DNA of 63,911 bases, the filler included, from Choristocarpus tenellus KU-1152 (Eukaryota > Protista > Phaeophyceae): the NCBI GenBank assembly GCA_964200185.2. It is 13 parts of 13 records of this genome, joined end to end, with 100 filler letters (N's around TTAATTAATTAA, not from the genome) between each part and the next. Parts side by side here need not be neighbours in the genome. Positions count along the whole stretch, not along the records: positions 22,664 to 39,798 come from CAXNAD020000718.1; 12 more parts are not named here. One strand, 5' to 3'. Of the stretch, positions 26,010-37,800 are shown piece by piece. The notes below the pieces were generated by a model. The model had not been told where the DNA came from and did no database searches. It saw only the letters and a program-made list of their open reading frames with translations. Position numbers and translations under genes: made by a program. Position 1 is the stretch's first letter, and every line of letters starts with the position of its first letter.

Positions 26010-27791
26010 TTATTGCTTCTTCCCGTCAGTCTGAGAGGACCGAGGATTGTGGTAAAAAAGGAAGTCAGAGGGAGACACATTTCAACACAACAATATTCAC
26101 GAGGAAAAAGGGAGGGAAGAGGGGCAAAGAAAGAAAGACAAGAAAAGAGAACACTCCGTAGCAATACAACAATTTCCAAGACTTCAGGAACATCAGACGG
26201 ATCGGCATCCCCAAAGAGACTATGGGCAAAGATATCACCCTAGGTGTGGACTGTTCGGATAGTACCAAGTGTACAATCCGTTGTTCTTGCCATGTAGACT
26301 TGAGTCAATGTATCTTAGAGGGTAGAGTCGCGTCCATTTGGGGGCAAAAACCCAATGTTGCGATTTTGATGTAATTTTGGGTATCATGCTTGTTAGGAAG
26401 TGTAAATATGCTTGTTCCGGGCACACCTTTTCATAAGGTAAACATTTTATCTGCCCCGAAACATTTGGGAGTAGGAAAATGTCATTGAAAAACCCGTGGG
26501 AAGCCAAGCCCCAAATGGACAAACAGGACAAAACTCGTACCCTCTAAGATACATTCACTCCTACCTACTGTTGATATCACATACATGCGCTGGTCTTGGC
26601 TCTGTAAATCGCAAGCTTGACCCTGGTTCATTCTCATATACTGCCTTCTGACTTGCACGTACACAAGCATCCACTCTCTCGAGGAAGCCTCGTTTATTCT
26701 CCTAACAGAAGGAATTTTCAAGGGCATTGGAATATTCAATAACATTGGCGTGTATCACTATCAACAGCAAGTTCACTTAGAAGGGTTATGCCTTGGTAAA
26801 TTTATCACAGCTCCTGGATGCCATTTATTTGGATTGCTGGACAGAGGCTAAATACCAATAGAAGATCCAGTGGAATACATCTGATCAAACCATTAACTAT
26901 GGTGCCCTTGAAACCCAAATCTTGAACTTTGGGCAAATAACAAATCGCCCAGTTTTATATTCTCACACCTGGTGGAAAAAGGAGGAAAGTAACAGGTTAC
27001 AAACCTGAAAAAGTTTTTGCGCCTCTGGGTTTGCCGGATTATCAAACGCGAAGTCCTTCATGTAGAAAACCTTCTTCAGGTATGTGAGAGCATTGACCAT
27101 GTAATGCTTAGTGGGAACCCATTCAGTAAAAAAAGCCTTCAGGTCAAGCTCTCCTGTACTTGGTGATACAAGCGGGTTGAACATGTAGCTGGTGAAGATG
27201 ATGACTGGCCACGAGTTGACATCATTGTACTCCAGCGGGAGTTCAACCCTGAGCAACATATCGAAGAGGGCACACAACCAAGGGTTGTAATGCTGTGTTC
27301 GAAATTCTGAACTAATATCAAAAGTCGCAATTCCCCAAATCAAGGTCTATCTTGTGCCCTAGAGCATTGTTAGCATAAAATGCAGAAGCCTAACATCCGT
27401 CATAGACGTGTGTTTGGCAGCAGTTCAAGGTCGCCAGACCTGTCCAATCTCGCAAATTTGTCGAACCTGAACTTGAATATGCCGTTGGCGTAATGACCTC
27501 GTCGCACGAAAATGACACCATACCAAGTGCGCAGATGGTTTATGCTGGGAATGACGAAGACCCCTCCTGGTGCATGCTGCTTCATGTGTTTGTACTCGAT
27601 CGTCAGGCGGTAGTCCTTTAGAGCCCGCATCTTGCCAGTCTTCCAGGAGCAAGGAAGAGATAATGACACAGGTCAATAATGGGACATTGAGATATTCCTT
27701 CTTAACCACTTAGCAATCTGCACTAGATTAAGAACAAATATCTTGTGCATACTTCAGGTTTCTCTGTGCCACTCTTGTAGTCACCTATCAT
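26010..27791 (-). CDS. AKTIP: AKTIP/Fused toes/crossbronx-like inactive E2 variant; exons 27791-27753, 27639-27467, 27248-27005, 26701-26585, 26239-~26180, probable terminal 26030-26010
   Basis: DYRLTIEYKHMKQHAPGGVFVIPS...WYGVIFVRRGHYANGIFKF, FNPLVSPSTGELD, ANPEA; GT-AG phases are consistent; last two exons less certain. Confidence 0.85.
26302..26560 (+). mobile_element. MITE family A inside an AKTIP-like intron
   Basis: TIRs GAGTCAATGTATCTTAGAGGGTA / TACCCTCTAAGATACATTCACTC. Confidence 0.9.
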
Positions 27792-28437
27792 AGCAATTAT
27801 AAATTTTGGGCGACAGGCTTGTTTCTGGGAGAACTAGGGTCACATGCAACGAACGAGTTAGGGGAAGACTCCCTGCAGTTTTTTTCTCCCGCGCGGCTGC
27901 TGTACATGGGGTGCATATACCTCCTTGTTGCATGGGTTATCATCTTTCATCTTTCCTTCCAAACACCTCATTCTCTCTACACCTATCCAATCGAACACTG
28001 AACAAACAACTTCGTCCTAATAGGAACTTGAGAGTATCGAACATCAATTTCAAGACGAAATCAAATCGAATGTCTCACTGCGTGCGAATCTTCCATGTTT
28101 CTACGCAACCCGAGCTCGCCCCTCCTCCTCCTTCACGTTCTCTTCGTAGTTGAGGTGTGCCTTCTCTGTGACCATTTCTATTGAAAATGGATGAAAAAAA
28201 AAAACTGTTTGATGAGGGAGTGTCCCACACACGCCAATCACGCAAAAGGTGAGGTTGAGAGAGGACACCAGTTTGTGATAACGCCGAATCCCCTTTTAAG
28301 GGCGCTTGTGAAAGGGTTGGTAGGTGAACACTCAGGGGTCTATTTGGTGGAAACTCAGTATCCTTGAAGCTCGGCGGTGGTGCATATTCTTGCCTTGTCG
28401 GAAGGACCAATTCTCACATAATTCAAAGGAGGTTGAG
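27792..28437. promoter_or_regulatory. Putative bidirectional, CpG-rich promoter
   Basis: 646 bp between divergent ATGs; visibly more CpG than the flanking gene bodies. Confidence 0.55.
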
Positions 28438-31400
28438 ATGGCGAGCCGGGGCTTTGACCGAACTGGTCGGGGAAGGACTGGTGAGTACTGTACTATTTTT
28501 TCCTCTGTTTTAAAAATACTGATATAATAGAGATGTGCTGTCGGTGCTTTGGCAACATTCGTAGTCAAGAATCGTCTTACACAATCCACAATTCCAACAA
28601 AAGACGACGTCCTTCGTCTTTCTTTACCTGGCAGACATTACCAAGGTCTGATGTTGCCATGTGAAGGAGGTGAATGAGATCAAAATAAACGTCCGACAAT
28701 GTTATTTTGTCCTATGCTTGTAGCTCTACGCCCTCATGCATTGGTTCCAGTGATGCAGACCATGGACAAAGATGAAAGAAGTCTGTCAATGGGTTTGCTT
28801 TGTATGACCTTATTCCACAAGCCCCTCATGCTCTTCAATCATTTGAACGATTACACATTGCACTATCAACCTAGTGACCGTAACTCAACTTTTTCGGTCG
28901 ATACAAGTTAATATTATCCCTTGTAGGTCTCATTGTACCTCTATGCGTATTCTCCACGCCCGCAGAACCATCAAAGCGATATATGATGGTTGGGACAAAA
29001 GATAACGCCCCAAGCGGTGCAAAGACAGGTGTGGTAGCCCCTGTGCCTATCAACACTCCAAGTCTACGACGTGAGATACATGGGGCTCAAGCCGTCACAG
29101 GGTCTGTCAACTCTCTGACACGATCCAGTGCCGCTGGTTGGGGATCTGTGGGAGGTGAAAATTCTGTGCCAGTTGACAACAAGGCCAATGGAGGAACTGC
29201 TGGCCGCACTGGGGGTCGGGATAGCGGAAGTGATAGTCGGCGCTCAGGGAAGGTGGGAGACGATGTCTTTACCCGCCATTTTCCAGACTTACGTGCTGGG
29301 CTAGAGCAGGGGGAGAGGCAAGACGCGGCCAGCAAGGCCTCTAGTAAGGTTGTGCCGCTTCGAAAAGCGAAAGCTGATGCTGCAAAAGAGCAAGGGCCGT
29401 CGTTGCGTCCACGAGGTGTGCATCAAAACAAAACATACAACAGTGTGAGATTTCGTCAGGTTCCACTCAACCATCTTATACGGAGTGTTGTGAAGAATGT
29501 CATGTAGTTTTCAAATGGTTGCATACGTTGCAAAAATAAGCTCAGCTTGTACTCATCCCGTCCTAAGGACTTTCTGAAACTGTTAACCTGCCGCTGTTGT
29601 TGGGATGTATGTGTATTGAGGAACTTGGTCTTTGGCACATGTGTAATCTGAGTTTAGGGCAATGAACTTGAGCATGCCAGAAATCGAGGTTAACAGAATT
29701 GTGTGTCTTACAACTACCCTCTTTCTTTCCCCATCCAGCTGCTCTAAAACCAACTGGGAGTGCAGGGGGAGGTAGTGCTGCTGCTGCAGCAGCACAGGCT
29801 GCTGTGGCAGAGGCAGCACACAATCGTGTAGCAGCTCAGACCACTGCAGAAGAGCGCCGCAGGAATGGTCCTAGTTTTGCAGATGAAATTAGTGGGAAGT
29901 CGAGGTGGCAGGGTCGCATGTCACCGGAGCAGGTTGGAGGACGAGATCGGACAGGAGGCTCAAGGACCTGGGAACGGAATAGGGAAGGAGCAAAGGAGTT
30001 AGGGAGGGATAGGATAGGGGGACGGGATGGGGTTTTAGGGTCTGAAAGAAGTTGGGACCGGGACAGCTGGGGAAATGAGGGTTTCCAGGACAAGGAGCAT
30101 GATCGAGGGGGAGCAACATGGAACCGGGATAGGGACAGGGGAAGTGGAACCAGGGACAGGGAATGCGGATTTAGCGGGGTTCATGGGCATACGTCAGGGG
30201 GGTCAAACTTGGCACCAGTCACCACCTATGTCCGCCAACACGGGCCACCTCCACGCAAGTTGGCCTCACAACAGCCGCCGGTACAAAACCAACAAGAGGC
30301 ACCAACTCACCAGCCTACTCGTAGCTCAGCATACTCATCTCGAAGCAGCAGTACTTCCAAACCATACTCAAAATCTGATGCTTGGGACTTGTCGATATCA
30401 GAGACTAACAAGCAACACTCACCCTCCTCCCCAGCTGCCAAGGCAGACTCTGCTTCAGTCACTACCCCTACCCCAGCTTCAACCTCCTCACCACAGTCTG
30501 GGTGTTATGTTCGAACATACGGTCCACCTCGCTGCTCCCCAAGTGGAGGTGATGCAGCTGAGGAGCTGGATGAACAGGGGACAAGACCAACTAATCATCG
30601 ACCAGGTGGACATGTCCTTGAGGGAGATGAGGACCCTGGCACAGAGTCTGTTCCTCGCAGCTTTGGTGGCTCATGGGGAGAATCAGAACCACAAGACCAA
30701 GGAAGCAAATCTGGGGATGTAGGTGGAGAACAACTGTCAAGTGGGCGCTGGAAGGAGACAATTGCCCCACCTGTACCTGCACCAACAAACTCACGTTGGA
30801 AGGAGCCCAAGGAAGACCCTGCTGTGGGGTCAGGAGCTTGCCGATGGAAGGTGCGAGATGAGGCACCTGCAATTCCGGGCCAAGGGAGATGGACCAGGGG
30901 CCTGGGAGAGAGTGGAGGCGAAGACTCCACCACCTCAACCCCCAACAATGCCTCGTGGAAGGGTCGAACTGATGAGGAGTGGAAACCCGAGGCAGATGGT
31001 GTTGGGGAAAATTTATCACCTGTTAGTGGACGTTTTACAAAGAAAGCAGAGGAGGAACAGGGTCAGGATGGTGACAATGCGGAATCTGGCCTTCCTGATG
31101 GAGGTGTCATTAAAGGTGCAGCAACAACCACAGGTTCAGGGACATCACCGGTCTTGACAGGGGGGGGCTCTCCTGATGTCCCTCAGCCTTATCGTAGCCC
31201 ATTTACACAATCTGCAGCCACATTGCCCCACACCACATCGTGGGAGCCGCAGTTGCCCAGGGCAGGAGAGCACACTTGGTCAGCACCTAGCCGCGAGCCC
31301 CAGACTGAGCAGGGTCAGGGTCATGGTAGTACAGGGCAGGGCTCTCAACCATGGGGTGATCCATGGGGAACTTCAGGGTTCAATGTCCCCACTGATGGTG

Positions 31401-33518
31401 AGGGGAGCTCTGCGGGTATGGCGTCCCTATTGCCGTCAGAGCATCGCAAAGACCGATACCTTCCCCCTGCACTGCGCAACAGGGACTCAGCTCAGGGGAG
31501 CCAGGGTGATACTCCAGTAACTCCAGTGGCAGTGCCCGAGGCAGCCCCAGCTCCACCACCTTCTGATTGCCCTACTCAAGTGGGAACCTCACACCAGGAT
31601 ATGCTGCTCCCCGGCACGGTGGCTAACATGGGTTGTGGGGCAGATATCACTGGGAGTGCACACTTTGAGCAACAGCAGGTAATGCAGGACTGGCAGGAAG
31701 AGCAGAAACATCCTCACAAGTCACAACCCATCCTGCAGGTGGAGGAACCATTGCACCAGCAGCAGCAGCAGCAGCAGCATCAACCTCAGCAGCAGCCCCA
31801 GCAGCAAAAGAAGTTCCAGCAGCAGGTAGGCATTGTGCCTCCAAGCCGCAACTAATGGACTGAAAATTCTGGTTAAGTTGGACTTTAGAAGAGTGTAGAC
31901 AGTGAAGCTGTAACCCTAAAATTGATTTTTCTTCGTAATTTCTAGATGTGTTAGTCATTTTGTTGCCCTGGCCCTTTGCTTTTCCTCAATGTTATTCTTG
32001 GTATTATCAGGTTCAGGAGTCACAGCGAATCCAACTCCATGAACAACGATCTTCTCATGACCAAGAGTATAGGCCTGAACACACATCTGTGCCACCACTT
32101 CCACATGAGGTGACCAACTCATTTTTCTGTATTTTGGATAGTGTATTGTAGTGTTCGGTTCACACATTAAACAATAAATTTAACAATAAATTCAAATAAG
32201 CAGATAAATGCAGTGAAAAAATAGCAAATTGACAAGTGTACTGTGTTTGTCCACTTGGGGGGTGGGGGGCAATTCCTCAGGAATCACGCCAGCATCAGAC
32301 GCAGGATCAGGTGCAATGTCACCATTTCCAACCCGAACATTTCAGGCATCAACACTTTCGGCACAATCACCAGGTAATGATCGCAGTTGGGTTGTCCTTC
32401 ATGAAGAACAATGCCTTTTTTCTTGTAGTGTACCACTAGTTTCTGGTCAACAAAATGCAAGGCGACTTGAAGTCTAACTAAGTTTGATGCTGTGATTTGG
32501 AGTGGAGAGTAGTGCTGCTGATAAGCTAAATATTTTTAGCCCTTATTTACTCACAGGGCCTACTTAAATTGTTTGAACCTGATGGGTGATTGTCTCATCC
32601 TCAATCTAAAGGGGAAGGCTGACAAAATGTTCAATGATGTCTTTTCTGTCAAAATTTGCACTCCGATCAGCCTGTGATATCACAGCCCTTGCAGGACCAG
32701 GTGCGGCATAATCCAATTCAAGACCGTCTCCAGCAACATCACTTCCAACCAGAGCATGCCCAACGACAACAATTGCATTTGCAGGTAGTTGAAGCCTGAA
32801 ATAAATAATCATAACTGCCTGTATATTGTATATTGTATGGAATCAGCCGATACTATTTGTGTCATGCAAAAGAAGCAAATGGTTGCTCATTCCATTATGA
32901 ATGAGTCCTTGTGCTCCAAATGCTGTTTGAGGTTGTGGTACGCCCGTCCCTCCTCAAAGGCAGAGGTAAATGGAAGGTACTTGTTTCCATTGTTCCTCTC
33001 TTATCCATACTCCTTGCAACCAGAGTGCCTACAGACATGTGGTCGAGTAAAGAGTAGACATTTTGAGTGTTGCATACATGCCTCCCCTGCTCTAATAAGA
33101 GTTTACCCAACCCATGCTATTTGCTGTTTAGCATTCACAAATGCACCAACAGCATCAACAGATACACCAACATCAGCAGGTTGGGCAACTGCAGCAGCAA
33201 CACTTGCGCCAGGGACAGCAGCAGTTGCCACAGGCCCAACATTCACAACACCTTATGCAGCAACACCAGCAGTACCACCAACACCAACACCAACAGCGAC
33301 AACTAAGCCCACCACAGCAGCTACAGCAGGCAGCATTTTTGATGCAAGCACCAGGCATAACCTATGCTGACCCACCAGGTAGTAGTGTTGGTGGTTTGGG
33401 GGGGTTTGCACACATGTCTCCCTACCCGAGGGACCTGCAGTCAAATCAACCCCAACATCAAGGACCTCCATCAGGTCCATACGGGTACCGACCTCCAGAT
33501 TCGTATCACAAGGGGTAG
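28438..33518 (+). CDS. PRRC2/BAT2/MOS1-like low-complexity protein; exons 28438-28480, 28966-29415, 29739-31825, 32011-32109, ~32281-32373, 32671-32784, 33132-33518
   Basis: BAT2_N-like motifs PVPINTPSLRRE, FPDL, GPSLRP; RD/RG-rich and Q/H-rich tracts; splice phases consistent. Confidence 0.75.
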
Positions 33519-34853
33519 TGGAGATAGATTTTGAGCAGGAGCTGTGATGGTGCAAAGATAACATGCATGCATTTACCATTGTGATCCTTTTTGGTGAGTA
33601 CCTGATGGGGATGTGAATTTACCAACATGCCTTGGGTGACAGAGATTGTAGCACATTGACGATGAGCACATGTGGGGTAAGGTAGACAGTGAGCAGTGTC
33701 TGCTGCTAGAACAACTGTAGTATATTGCAGCACAGCATTATTGGTAAGAAACAGTTGCTCTCTGTAAGCAGACCACCTGTAAATACCCCGTCAATTCTAT
33801 CCTCTTGTTTTTAAACACTACAATGAAGAGACACAAAACAAGGAAGAGTGAGGCCTCCTGCAATGGATAGCATGTGGGTACTGGTGGCAATCAGCTAACC
33901 CTCTTTAATTAGGAGCACTGTACTGTCTGCAAAATTGCAAATCCGTTCAAGGAAACCTCTACAGATGTAACTCTTGCCGTATTTTTTATTGAGGAACATG
34001 TGATGTTCCTTTGATGCACCCACCAGCAATGAAGAGGAGCAGTAGTGGAAGGTGCTTATGATATCATTTATGTCATGCAACCTATGCATAAATATAAACT
34101 CGACTTTTCTGATCAAGGCACTGTATTTTTCTGGGGATCAACTTGATATTTGACTTGCTACATTTGCTTACGGTGTGGAATACTTGGGAGATGTTTCAAT
34201 TATTTGTAAGTGATAGAGGAACAAAACCACAATTCGAGGTGATCGAAGGGATTAATGTCTCAAGTAAAATGTACTTTTGAGGGTGGTCTGACATCAACAG
34301 TTACTTTCAAAGTCAGCTACCCAATTTAGACCAAATGTTCCAACATCCCATCCTTTCACATGAGAGTACTTGCAGATTAGAGAAATTAAGATTATTTCCA
34401 GCAGTGGAATTGACTCACGTATTGGCAAGATCCCATTAGTGATATCCCTACACCCTTAAAATCTTAATGTAAGGCAAGGTTTACTTCCATGTGTGCCTAT
34501 CAAGGAGGTCCCAATTATGTCCCAACTTGCAAGCTGACCTGATGGCATGTGCCCCACCACTGCAACTGATTCACAGCTATGAATAACAAATTCACCATAC
34601 ATGGAACATACATTACTTCAATTGGGAAGGTCTAGGTAGGATGGAATAAGTTGAGTAATTGGTGCTGTACACTTGGAGAGGGCAGCTCCAACTTATCTCA
34701 ACATACACCACTCTAATGCTTCCCAGGATGATTTTATAAATAATCCCCACTGTATTGATACTGTTGTCATCTGAGTATTTGAACTCCAACCACACGCTGG
34801 AACACAGGAAAATTTCAAAATAATTGTGTGTATGGGAACTCCATTAACCCTAA

Positions 34854-37800
34854 CTAGGAATTGCATCCATACTCTTCGTAGATTCTGGCTTCCAGTAGGA
34901 GGCCTTTGACCAATTTGGTCCAGCGCTTCAGCACTTTAAGTCCTTTGGCCTTAGCTTGACGCTCCAAGCTCTGTTGCTCCAAGATAGCCCGTGCATCTTC
35001 AAGTATCTGTTGCACCTCAAAGCACCAGACATGGCATTTGCACACTAGGATGAACAGGTTTGCTTCAATGGTAAAATAACAGTATGGACACTTCAAAACC
35101 TAACACACTTGATAACCCCAAACCAAAAACTGAACTTTCAAAACATTGTTAAACTGAGTCAGTCCACAGACTAAGCCTCGTGTTCCCAGTCTGATGAAAG
35201 ACCCTGGAATATAATGACAGTTCCAACTAAAAATCACAAGCACCAACCAATTTAAAGACCCTGTACTTCATACAGGAGTACAGTTAAATACTCCCTACTT
35301 ACTGCAGGTATGTAATAAAGTCATCTCTACTCTGGGATAGGTGCAGTAATATATAATAGGAGATTCAACTCAGTACACCAAAAATGAGGAACACAGTAGA
35401 ACATAAACTACCTGGAACTTGTCTGAAGAAGCTGCTCTACATATTGCAGATGGTATGCTCACTTGAGGATTACTTCAATCTAGGCTTGAAAGGGAAATTA
35501 AGCTTTTCATGCCCCTGACACACCATGATATTGGCAAGGAAGGGGATTATTTCAGCATGATTTGCACACCTGAATATGCTCAGAGCACACAATTATGCCA
35601 TCCAAAACAGGAACTGACCGCCCTGCCTTCGACTCAAACCCAACCAATGCAGATGCATAATCCACACCAAACTTGGATGCGACCTGCCCAATGTGATGCC
35701 CTTGCAGATGTGCAGTCCCCGGAGGCAAGAATGCTGGGTTGTAATCAAAGAACTCAATGTTACCATGGTCATTCCTTGGTACCTACAATAGATTGCCACA
35801 GTGTGCCGGGACAAGCAGAACACATTACAGGGGTGATGGCTTCTAGTAAAAAATCAGCTGGTAATAGGGATGGTTCCTTCAACATAGAGGCACCATTGCT
35901 TATGCAGATTACTGATCTTGATCAACACTCTGATTTGTACCTTTCCATCAACTGCAGCTTCAGGCACCCACGGCTGTGTTTGCCACTCTCCATACAGCTT
36001 GCCTGTGCCTTCATTCTTCTCACCCTTGAGCTTAACAACCTTGGCAGGCCTTCCCTCTTCTGATGGCAGTACCTGGTTGATATAGTTAATTAACTGATTG
36101 AGAGCAAGGACAGACCCTGCACACAAGGCAAAGTGTTCAAGCACAAGCATCATAGTGTAATAATGGCATCTACTATTCCATTGGTACTTATAGGGCTGGT
36201 AATGAGTAGATGTCCCATGCCCCTGACCCAATAAAGGGGATCAGTCCAACCACTCAGTGTCTCAAAAAGCAGTTGTTACACGGAGAAAACAGACACCTCC
36301 AACATTCTACAGCATGTTCAACATCAGAGGTCACATGCACATCAGAGGCATATCTTGAAGGATCCAGATGAGGATAAAGCTACCCTGCCTCATGCAAGGT
36401 CATGTTGACCTACAATCCAATTGTGACTGTCCCAAAGCAAATGTACCAGCAAGGCAGCATACACCACAGCAGTGGAAGACATGTCCACAAATCAACCAGA
36501 GACACATTCCATGTTCACCTGCCGTGCCCGCCTCTTCCACTGAGTAGCCCCTGCAAGCTCAACAACATCACTATGCCGGTATACGCAGTGGCCCTTGACC
36601 AATCCAATTGCTTTGGTACCTGGTCGCAACCCCTGGTAGCGTCCTAGACTCTGACCATCACAGTATAAGTGATGCTTCTGAAGTGCACTCAAGGTGCTGG
36701 GGATTGGCTGTGGAGGTAGGTGTACTTGCGGTTATGGTGAGGAGGCGTTAACAAAATAAAATATAAATAAAACCTCATGTTGATGGCAAGACAAAACGAT
36801 TGATGCTCTCTGTCTCATGATAGACTACACTATTGTACTCAGTACTGCAACAAGGCAAGAGGGGAGAGGGGAGAGGGAATGCAGCACCATATTCTCTTTG
36901 CCTCACACACTTGACCACAAACTGCAACTAGGGAGGATGCACCAGCACAACTCGTTATGTGGTTATCCCTCTTACAAGACATAGTACACATTACACAACT
37001 GTGTTGTACAATGCAACCTGGGAACACATAGTGAGAAAGAGATTGAGACACAGTATATTACCTTCACCTTGTCCCAAGATAACACTGGGTACTGATGCAT
37101 ACCCCAGTAAGGATACAGAACATTCTAGCTTGTACCTTCCACATTCAGCTGATCAGTGGTCTCTGGACATCCTATCGTGCTTCCCACCCTCTCCAGTGAT
37201 TAATTGGGAGTACCATTAGTAACCACAAAATAGGCTACTCTTTAGCAGTACTGTGTAAGCACTCTTAATACTGAACATAACAACTACAACAATCCTTCAA
37301 AACTATTCAGTTACTCATGACAATGCAACTCACACACACACACACCACCTGATTGTCTACCCTGAGCTTCAGCTCCCTCTCCTCTGCCTCCCGTGCATCC
37401 TGAAACTGTTGCTGTTTGCGATATGTCTCCTCCCAACCTTGTTTGGAGTTCCTGCCTGCATTCTTCTTCACATATGAAGATCAGTGATCAGTCAAAGGCA
37501 TTGATTGGATAAGAAATATTGTAAGGATTGTTTAGTTCATGTACTAGCTACTCGGAACATCTTTGTTGTGGTATGTGTACAGCTTTGCTACACTGAATAG
37601 AATGTACAACGATCATTATCATTCAGTATTGGATGAAGAACCTTGCTCAACCCCCAACCCATGTTCAGAGGCACTACACACCGGGCTACTTTTCATCAAC
37701 TACAAACTAATTGCACTGCCCAGTGTGTGCCTTGCATTTCTCCTATGAATTGTGTTGAGTCATCCGATCCACTCATCACTCCATCTCCTTCCTCAAATAT

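Noticed and set aside
26302-26560. MITEs acting as introners
   Set aside because: Copies sit inside existing introns or TEs; their ends do not coincide with splice sites.
29836-33579. Overlapping antisense and alternative-frame ORFs, including Cys-rich ones
   Set aside because: Shadows of the low-complexity CAG-rich PRRC2-like exons.
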